From contig CACZUK010000002.1 of assembly GCA_902784305.1 (NCBI GenBank), forward strand, positions 505 through 64,504: a stretch of DNA of 64,000 bases, written 5' to 3'. A model generated the notes under the pieces. The model was not told the origin of the DNA, searched no databases, and saw only the letters and a list, made by a program, of their open reading frames with translations. Positions 1-7,051 of this stretch are shown piece after piece. Positions within the stretch are counted from its first letter, which is position 1. Each line of letters opens with the position of its first letter. Both the position numbers and the translations under genes were made by a program. The DNA is from Oscillospiraceae bacterium. Lineage in GTDB: Bacteria; Bacillota; Clostridia; Oscillospirales; Oscillospiraceae.

Positions 1-1
1 C

Positions 2-820
2 ACGAACACAGTCTCAGCGGAGCGCAACGAGCAGATGTCGGCCATCACCTTTCACCTCCGGAACGGCATGACCTATGTGGCCTTTCGGGGGACGGACGAC
101 ACCCTCACAGGCTGGAAGGAGGACTTCTATCTGAGCTTTCTGGAGCAGTCCCCCGGCCAGAGGATGGCAGCAGACTATCTCTCCCAGCGCGCGTCCCGGG
201 TGGAGGGGGAGCTGTACGTCGGCGGCCACTCCAAGGGGGGCAACTTTGCGGTCTTCGCGTCGGCCTTCTGTGACGAGGCGGTCAGAGAACGCATCGCGCG
301 GGTTTACACCAACGACGGGCCGGGCTTCTTCCCGTCTGTCATTCAGTCCCAGGGCTATCAGGAGATTCTGCCGAGAATCATCAGCATCATTCCGGAGGAG
401 TCAATCTTCGGGTTGCTGCTGGACTGCGGCTATCCCTCCATGGTGGTCAAGAGCAACAACAAGGGGCTGTGGCAGCACGACGCCATGTCCTGGGGAGTGC
501 TGGGGAACCGCTTTGTGGAGGCGGAGAAGGTCAACAAGAGCAGCCAGCTGGTGGAGCAGACGGTGGAGCGCTGGATTGCCCGCCTCACGCTGGAGGAGCG
601 AAAGCAGTTCGTGGACACGATGTTTGAAATCATCGAGTCGTCAGGCAAGGACACCATCTCCGGAATCCAGGGGGCCAAGCTGACCTCTCTGCTGGACATG
701 ATGGGCTCCTTCCGGCACATGGACACCCAGGAGCGAACCAAAATGCGGGGGATGCTCCAGCAGCTCCTCAGGGCCGGAGCCGAGGTGCTCAGACAGGACA
801 TCACCGAGGATCTGATTTAA
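2..820 (+). CDS. DUF2974/Mbeg1-like alpha/beta hydrolase (lipase-like), 5' end outside window
   Basis: Reading frame is open to the window edge upstream of the ATG at 35. Nucleophile-elbow motif GHSKGG and the FRGTDDT..W.ED signature are present. Stop at 818-820. Confidence 0.7.
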   Translation, partial: TNTVSAERNEQMSAITFHLRNGMTYVAFRGTDDTLTGWKEDFYLSFLEQSPGQRMAADYLSQRASRVEGELYVGGHSKGGNFAVFASAFCDEAVRERIARVYTNDGPGFFPSVIQSQGYQEILPRIISIIPEESIFGLLLDCGYPSMVVKSNNKGLWQHDAMSWGVLGNRFVEAEKVNKSSQLVEQTVERWIARLTLEERKQFVDTMFEIIESSGKDTISGIQGAKLTSLLDMMGSFRHMDTQERTKMRGMLQQLLRAGAEVLRQDITEDLI

Positions 821-963
821 GTGGTTTTCCTTCTGGAAGTTATGGATTTTGTTGTATAGTAAAAATACATTACATACAAAAATACGAGGAAGAATGTGGT
901 GAAATGACCGATATACTTCCAAATTATCACAATAATACGTTAAAATGATTGGAGGAACAAGAA

Positions 964-1419
964 ATGCTGGAAGTTGGAACAAAAGCCCCGGAGTTCACCC
1001 TGCCGGATCAGAACGGCGTGCCGCGCAGCCTGTCCGATTACCGTGGAGAGAAGGTTGTGCTCTACTTTTACTCCAAGGATATGACGGCGGGATGCAGCAA
1101 GCAGGCCTGCGCCTTCGGGGAGCTGTACCCCAAGTTTCGGGAGAAGGGCGCCGTGGTGCTGGGCGTGAGCAAGGACACAGTGGCGTCCCACAAGCGGTTT
1201 GAGGAGAAGTACGGTCTGCCCTTTCCTCTGCTCTCCGATACAGAAAAAAACGTGATTCAGGCCTACGATGTCTGGAAGGAGAAGAAAAACTACGGAAAAG
1301 TGACCATGGGCGTGGTGCGCACCACCTATCTGATTGACGAGCAGGGCGTAATTGTCCGCGCCTTCGGGAAGGTCAAAGCGGCGGACAACCCGGCCCAGAT
1401 GCTGGAGGCCCTGTCGTGA
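964..1419 (+). CDS. bcp: thioredoxin-dependent thiol peroxidase (peroxiredoxin Bcp)
   Basis: Translation has APEFTLPDQNG...VVLYFYSKDMTAGCSKQAC, the Bcp active-site context. GGAGG at 951-955 lies 8 nt before the ATG at 964. The track start at 949 is a TTG inside the RBS. Confidence 0.9.
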   Translation: MLEVGTKAPEFTLPDQNGVPRSLSDYRGEKVVLYFYSKDMTAGCSKQACAFGELYPKFREKGAVVLGVSKDTVASHKRFEEKYGLPFPLLSDTEKNVIQAYDVWKEKKNYGKVTMGVVRTTYLIDEQGVIVRAFGKVKAADNPAQMLEALS

Positions 1420-2168
1420 GAATCATCATCGCGCCGGCCAAGCAGATGAAGGTGGATACGGACACCCTGCCCTGGTCGAATCTGCCGGTGTTTCTGGAGC
1501 AGGCGGAGCGATTGAAGCAGTGGATTAACAGTCTGTCCTACGAGGAGCAGAAGCGGCTCTGGGCGTGCAGCGACAAGATTGCCCGGGAAAACGCGGAGCG
1601 CTTCGCCCACATGAACCTGCGCTCCGGCCTCACACCGGCCATCCTGGCCTACGACGGCATCCAGTACAGCTATATGGCGCCCTCTGTGTTTGAAAATGGG
1701 GAGTTTGACTACGTTCAGGCACATCTGCGCATCCTGTCCGGCTTTTACGGGGTGCTCCGCCCCATGGACGGGGTGGCACCCTACCGGCTGGAGATGCAGG
1801 CCAAAGCCGCTGTGGACGGCTACCGGAACCTCTACGACTATTGGGGCGACCGTCTCTGCCGGGAGGTGCGGGACGAGAGCCGGGTGGTCATCAATCTGGC
1901 CTCTAAGGAATACGCCCGCTGCGTGGAGCGCTGGCTGGAGCCGGAGGATACGTTCATTACCTGCGTGTTCGGAGAGCTGCAAGGCAACAAGGTCGTCCAA
2001 AAGGGCGTCTACGCGAAAATGGCGCGGGGGGAAATGGTGCGGTATCTGGCACAGATTGCGGCGGAGTCTCCCGAGCAGATGGAGGACTTCCACTGGAGCG
2101 GCTATCGCTTCGACGAGAAGCGTTCCACGGCAAAAAGCTACGTTTTTGTGCGTAAAACGGGTGGATAA
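1416..2168 (+). CDS. yaaA: peroxide stress protein YaaA (DUF328/UPF0246)
   Basis: N-terminus MRIIIAPAKQM and YRLEM motif are typical of YaaA. The GTG start overlaps the bcp stop (GTGA), which suggests translational coupling. Confidence 0.9.
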   Translation: MRIIIAPAKQMKVDTDTLPWSNLPVFLEQAERLKQWINSLSYEEQKRLWACSDKIARENAERFAHMNLRSGLTPAILAYDGIQYSYMAPSVFENGEFDYVQAHLRILSGFYGVLRPMDGVAPYRLEMQAKAAVDGYRNLYDYWGDRLCREVRDESRVVINLASKEYARCVERWLEPEDTFITCVFGELQGNKVVQKGVYAKMARGEMVRYLAQIAAESPEQMEDFHWSGYRFDEKRSTAKSYVFVRKTGG

Positions 2169-2536
2169 TAGTGTTAAGTTGAAGTACTTTACACATATTA
2201 CATCTGAACATAATTTAACTGAATTGCTTTGAAATGGTGCTAATCGTTATAAAGTAAGAACATATACTCGGTTTCACATCTTATCCGCCACATGCTGGTA
2301 ATCTATGGTTCCCCGTCCCCCAAAGGGGAAGGCTTTATCCCCCAATAAGAGGGCTTTTGCCGCATGAAAGCCTTCCCGAGAGAAAAAGAGGCCCACTTTC
2401 ACTTGACCAGTGGGATTGTGGGAAGATGGAAATCGCAAAACTCTTCCCAACTATTATTGAACGGGAATCACTGGCCGAAAACCTGTGGCAGATAAGGGAA
2501 CCAAGGAAAGATAGCAACCCACTTTCATCCCATCGC

Positions 2537-2586
2537 AAAAAGCAACGCCCCGACTGAGTACACTAAGAACGGGGCGTTGCTTTTTT
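2537..2586. terminator. bidirectional intrinsic terminator
   Basis: 11-bp stem gcaacgccccg/cggggcgttgc flanked by an A-run (2537-2541) and a T-run (2581-2586). It lies just downstream of the stop of the minus-strand reductase gene. Confidence 0.7.
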
Positions 2587-2687
2587 CAATGCAAGGGAAG
2601 GGAGAACCCCCGCCTCCGGCCGGAACCAGAAGCGGGGGTTTGTGTTATCCAGGTGCGTCCTCGGAGAGGAAACGCTGTCCGGTGTGC

Positions 2688-4829
2688 TTACTTGTCGCAG
2701 TAGGCCACAGCGCTCTCGCTGGCGACCTTGCCGAAGACCACGATGTCGGCCACAGCGTTGCCGCCCACGCGGTTGCCGCCGTGCACGCCGCCGGTGACCT
2801 CGCCCGCCGCGAACAGGCCGGGAATGGGCTTGCCCTCGGTGCTGATGACCTCAGCGCTGGTGTCAATCTTCACGCCGCCCATGGTGTGGTGGATGCCCGG
2901 AGCGATCTTGATGGCGTAGTAGGGAGCCACGCTCAGGTCCTTCTCCATGCCGGTGTCACGGCCGAACTCGGCGTCCTTCTGATCGGCCACAGCCTTGTTC
3001 CAGGTCTCCAGCGTGGTGGCCAGAGTCGCGGGATCGCAGCCGATCTCCTCAGCCAGACCCTCGATGGTGTCCGCCTGCACGGTGATACCGATGGAGACGT
3101 ACTTCTCAATGGCGGCCAGACCGTCTCTGAGCCGCTGGTCGAAGATGATGTAGGCGTAGCTGCCTTCCTGCTCCAGCTCAGCGGCGGAAACTACGTCACG
3201 GGGCTGCAGCTCGTCGATGAAGCGCTTGCCCTCCTGATTCACCAGGATGGCGCCGTCGCCGCGGACGCTCTCGGTGATGAGCATGGAGGTGCCCTGCTCC
3301 ACGGTGGGATGGAGCTGAATCTGGTCGATGTCCGTGGTGTCCGCGCCGATGGCGGTGGCCATCACGATGCCGTCGCCCATGGCACCGGGGCTGCTGGTGG
3401 AGACGGTGCCCTTCAGGTTGGGCTTGTACTTGACGATCATCTCTTCGTTGTTGCCGAAGCCGCCGGTGGTCAGGATGACCGCCTTGGCGTTGATGGTGTA
3501 GTTGGCGGTCTTGCCCTCGGCCTTCACGCCAACGACCGCGCCGTTGTCAGTGATGAGCTCGGTGGCACGGGTCTCATACATCACGTCCACGCCCAGCTCG
3601 TTCATCTTGTTCAGGAAGCGGGTGACCAGGAACGCGCCGACGCCGGAGCCGTCCTCGGGAGCATGGATGCGCTTGTTGGTGGCACCGCCGGAGAAGCTCA
3701 CCTTGGGCAGGGGAGCGCCGATGGAGTCCAGCCAGTCGATGGCGGCAGCGGAGTTCTGGCACATGATGGTGACCAGCTCCTTGTCGTTGATCTCGTGACC
3801 AGCCTTCATGGTGTCCTCGATGAAGACCTCCACGCTGTCCTCAATGCCCTGCTCCTTCTGGTAGTGGGTCTCGGCCGCGTTCATGCCGCCGGTGGCCTTG
3901 GTGGTGTTGCCGCCCACATAGGGCATACGCTCCACCAGGATGACCTTCTTGCCCGCCTGGGTGGCGTTGATGGCGGCGGTCATGCCCGCGCCGCCGGCGC
4001 CGACGATGCAGATGTCGCAGTCCCGGGTCTCCTCGGTCTTGGGGGCGTTCTCGTCCACCTCTTCGGCGGCGGGCAGCTGGCTCAGGTCGCAGCCTGCCTG
4101 GGTGAGAGCGTCCTGGAGGGCGCGGAAGATGGCGCTGCTGGTGACGGTGGCACCGGAGAGGGCGTCCACATTGGTGGTCTGAGCGGCCAGAATGCGCTCA
4201 GGCAGCATGGACACGGCGAAGGAGCCGATGTTCTCGGTCTCGTGGTCGCCGGTGACCTTCAGGTCGTCGATGCTGTTCTCGCTGACGGTGACAGTGACCT
4301 CGACATCGCCGCCGAAGCCCTTGGAGGAGGCGGTGTAGGTGCCGGGGATGAACAGGTTGCCGTCCTCGGCCTTGGGACCAGCCGCCACGGCCTCGCCGCC
4401 GGCCTCAGCCAGGGCCTTGCCCGCGGCCTCCTTGACGGCGCCGGTGGTGAAGGACGCGCCGGACACGCCGTCGATCTCAGCGCTCTGAGCGGTGAGAATC
4501 TGGTTGGCCAGCTCGGGGATGGCAGCGCCGCCGACATCCGGAGTCTCGTCGTTGCCGGTGATGACGGCGTCGGCAATGCCGCCGTTTTCACCGATGGTCA
4601 GGGTGACCTCCACCGGTCCGCCAAAGCCGTTGGCGGTCTGGGTGTAGGTACCGGGGGTGAAGGTGCCCTCCGCGTTGGCATCGGCGGCGGTGGCCTGAGC
4701 GCCGACGGAGAAGGCCTGCTTGTTGGCCTGAAGCGCCGTTTCCGCCCACATCAGGACCAGCAGGATGGCCAGCGATGCCACGGTGGCGATGACACCGCGT
4801 ATCAGGCCGGTTTTGGTTGATTGATTCAT
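2688..4829 (-). CDS. membrane-anchored FAD-dependent reductase (fumarate/urocanate reductase flavoprotein family) with two N-terminal FMN-binding domains
   Basis: N-terminal TM helix. Two FMN_bind-like modules carry flavinylation-type motifs DGVSGASFT and DALSGATVT. FAD dinucleotide fold IVGAGGAGMTAA and C-terminal GLFAAGEVTGGVHGGNR are present. AAGGAGGAAAG RBS lies before the ATG at 4829 (MNQSTK), so the track start at 4856 was trimmed. Confidence 0.9.
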   Translation of the reverse strand: MNQSTKTGLIRGVIATVASLAILLVLMWAETALQANKQAFSVGAQATAADANAEGTFTPGTYTQTANGFGGPVEVTLTIGENGGIADAVITGNDETPDVGGAAIPELANQILTAQSAEIDGVSGASFTTGAVKEAAGKALAEAGGEAVAAGPKAEDGNLFIPGTYTASSKGFGGDVEVTVTVSENSIDDLKVTGDHETENIGSFAVSMLPERILAAQTTNVDALSGATVTSSAIFRALQDALTQAGCDLSQLPAAEEVDENAPKTEETRDCDICIVGAGGAGMTAAINATQAGKKVILVERMPYVGGNTTKATGGMNAAETHYQKEQGIEDSVEVFIEDTMKAGHEINDKELVTIMCQNSAAAIDWLDSIGAPLPKVSFSGGATNKRIHAPEDGSGVGAFLVTRFLNKMNELGVDVMYETRATELITDNGAVVGVKAEGKTANYTINAKAVILTTGGFGNNEEMIVKYKPNLKGTVSTSSPGAMGDGIVMATAIGADTTDIDQIQLHPTVEQGTSMLITESVRGDGAILVNQEGKRFIDELQPRDVVSAAELEQEGSYAYIIFDQRLRDGLAAIEKYVSIGITVQADTIEGLAEEIGCDPATLATTLETWNKAVADQKDAEFGRDTGMEKDLSVAPYYAIKIAPGIHHTMGGVKIDTSAEVISTEGKPIPGLFAAGEVTGGVHGGNRVGGNAVADIVVFGKVASESAVAYCDK

Positions 4830-4992
4830 GATTCTTTCCTCCTTTGTTCTTAACAATCATAAGAACTTAATCGGTTTTATGATACCATCCAAAAGCACTA
4901 TTGTAAAGATGGTTTTGTGAAATTTCGACAAAATTTTTTTCTCCACCCTCCCGAAGTCGTGCTATAATGGTCGGGAAAGGGGAGAGGCGTCT

Positions 4993-5346
4993 GTGAAGAG
5001 CATAAGAAGCCTGAAAAAGGGAGACTGGATTCTGTTCGGCGTCCTGGCCGTGTCCGCCGCCGCGCTGGGACTGGTGTGGATGCTGCACCGCGCACCGGGC
5101 GGCAGCGTGGTCGTCCGGGTGGACCGGGAGGTGACCGCCACCTTCCCTCTGAACGAGGACCGGGAGTACACCATCGACAACGGCTGGGGCGGGAAGAACC
5201 ACCTGGTCATCCGGGACGGCATCGCCTGCATCGACCACGCGAACTGCCCGGACAAAATCTGCGTCCTGCAAGGGGCGGTTTCCCAGGACGGGGAGGCGGT
5301 CATCTGCCTGCCCAACGCTGTCGTGGTGGAAATCGTCGGGAACTGA
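4993..5346 (+). CDS. NusG domain II-containing small membrane protein
   Basis: N-terminal TM segment and C-terminal ANCPDKICVLQG....GEAVICLPNAVVVEI, typical of the NusG_II family. GTG start preceded by GGGGAGAGG. Confidence 0.75.
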   Translation: MKSIRSLKKGDWILFGVLAVSAAALGLVWMLHRAPGGSVVVRVDREVTATFPLNEDREYTIDNGWGGKNHLVIRDGIACIDHANCPDKICVLQGAVSQDGEAVICLPNAVVVEIVGN

Positions 5347-5412
5347 GCGGCGGGCCGGGGCGTACCCCATTCAGCCCCGGGGACCGCTCTGTAACAAAAG
5401 GGATAAAACGGC

Positions 5413-5447
5413 AAAAAGCGTCTCCTCCCGGGAAGAGACGCTTTTTC
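5413..5447. terminator. bidirectional intrinsic terminator between convergent genes
   Basis: Stem agcgtctc/gagacgct with an A-run upstream and a T-run downstream. Confidence 0.7.
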
Positions 5448-5499
5448 ACGCCCGGCAGGGCCGGGTCTATCCGGAGAAGCCCGCAAGGCTCCGTTTTGC

Positions 5500-6651
5500 T
5501 CATTGGATTCCCCGTCCCAGGCACTTCACGAGCCGGAACACCTGCTCGGCGGTGTCGGTCAGATTGCTCCGGGCGGTGTCATGGTCCATGGCCTCCTCCA
5601 GGCTCACCACCGTGCGGAGAATGGGGAAGTAGGCGTCAATGCCGCCCTCGTTGCAGGAGCGCGCGCCCGGCGTCACGCAGCCGGAGAAGGCCAGCACCGG
5701 CTTGCCGTACTGTTTGGCCAGCTTGGCCACGCCCACCGGGGCCTTGCCCATGACCGTTTGGGCGTCCAGCCGGCCCTCGCCTGTGACGACCAGGTCCGCG
5801 TCCCGGACGTATTCCTCCAGCCGGGTTTCCTCCAGCACGATTTTGATGCCCGATTCCAGCACGGCGTTGGTAAACGTGAGAAAGGCAAAGCCCAGCCCCC
5901 CCGCCGCACCGGCCCCGGGATGGTTCGGCTCCGCCGCGGGACAGATTTGACGCGCCAGCCGGGCGTACCGGGCAAGCCACCCATCCATCTGCTCCACCAT
6001 GGCGGGCGTGGCACCCTTCTGCGGCCCAAAGACGGCGCTGCACCCCTGCGCTCCGCACAGGGGATTGGTCACATCGCAGGCCACGCGGAAGGTGCAGTCC
6101 TTCAGCTCGGGCAGAACCCGGTCCGTGGTGATTCGGGCCAGATGCTCCAATCCTCCGGCCCCCAAGGGCACCTGAACGCCGTTTTCGTCCAGCATCCCGA
6201 AGCCCAAAGCCTGGAGCATGCCCACGCCGCCGTCGTTGGTGGCGCTGCCGCCGATGCCCACGATGAAATGACGGCAGCCCTTGACGATGGCGTCCCGGAG
6301 CACCTCGCCCACGCCGTAGGTGGTGGTGTTCAGGGGGCAGCGCTCCTGCTCCGACACCAGGGTGATGCCCGCGGCACCGGACATCTCCACAATGGCGATG
6401 CCGCGCGCCTCCACGACGCCGTAAGCGCACTGCACCGGCCGCCCCGCCGGTCCGGTGACCCGCACCCGCTCCATGCGGCCGCCCATGCCCAGGGACAGGG
6501 CCTCCACGGTGCCCTCGCCTCCGTCGGCCAGGGGGCAGACGCGGACCTCCGCACGGGGCATCGCCCGCAGGATTCCGGCCCGCACCGCCCGGCCCGCCTC
6601 CAGAGAGCTCAGACTGCCCTTGAGGGAGTCCATCGCCACGACTACCTTCAT
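5500..6651 (-). CDS. glxK: glycerate kinase
   Basis: MKVVVAMDSLKGSLSS start, ADGGEGT and GIGGSATNDGG motifs. GGAAAGGAA RBS precedes the ATG at 6651, so the track N-terminal extension was trimmed. Confidence 0.9.
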   Translation of the reverse strand: MKVVVAMDSLKGSLSSLEAGRAVRAGILRAMPRAEVRVCPLADGGEGTVEALSLGMGGRMERVRVTGPAGRPVQCAYGVVEARGIAIVEMSGAAGITLVSEQERCPLNTTTYGVGEVLRDAIVKGCRHFIVGIGGSATNDGGVGMLQALGFGMLDENGVQVPLGAGGLEHLARITTDRVLPELKDCTFRVACDVTNPLCGAQGCSAVFGPQKGATPAMVEQMDGWLARYARLARQICPAAEPNHPGAGAAGGLGFAFLTFTNAVLESGIKIVLEETRLEEYVRDADLVVTGEGRLDAQTVMGKAPVGVAKLAKQYGKPVLAFSGCVTPGARSCNEGGIDAYFPILRTVVSLEEAMDHDTARSNLTDTAEQVFRLVKCLGRGIQ

Positions 6652-6912
6652 ATGCTTCACGTTCCTTTCCGGGAGAGTCCTCTTCATTATAACGACCCGC
6701 TTTCGGCCCGTCAAGCGCGCGGCGCGGAAGCCAGCCGGGGAGGTTTTTTCCTTCAGAGAATGGAATTTGTAACTATTCAGCGTCCCCTTGAAAATGCAGG
6801 GTTGTAAAAAAACAAAGTTGAGTATTGCGAAACTTGAGTTTCAACAACCAGTTAAAAATGGCCTGTGTTACCCGGAATTTTTGTTTTGGGGCTGGAAAAA
6901 CCCGTTGAATCG

Positions 6913-6921
6913 TGCTATAAT
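6913..6921 (+). promoter_or_regulatory. candidate extended -10 promoter (TGcTATAAT)
   Basis: tgctataat sits in an AT-rich intergenic stretch upstream of the large GGDEF/EAL gene. No good -35 element. Confidence 0.35.
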
Positions 6922-7051
6922 TAAAATGATATATTGGCGTCATTGTATACCACACCCTTTAAAGGCGGCTGAAATGGAATTGAAACTCGTTCCGTCCGCG
7001 CCGCCGGGGAGGACAGGCCAATATAGAGACAGGATACTCGTGCGGAGGTTG

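Noticed and set aside
2577-4820. 747-aa plus-strand ORF
   Set aside because: It is antisense to the well-supported flavoprotein reductase gene. The translation is low-complexity and rich in G/A/V/L/D with no motifs or RBS, the usual shadow ORF of a high-GC gene.
6788-7051. N-terminal 88-aa extension of the first GGDEF/EAL ORF
   Set aside because: The extension covers an AT-rich, promoter-like region containing TGcTATAAT, and its residues look non-coding. The GGAGG at 7044-7048 supports a start at 7052/7058.
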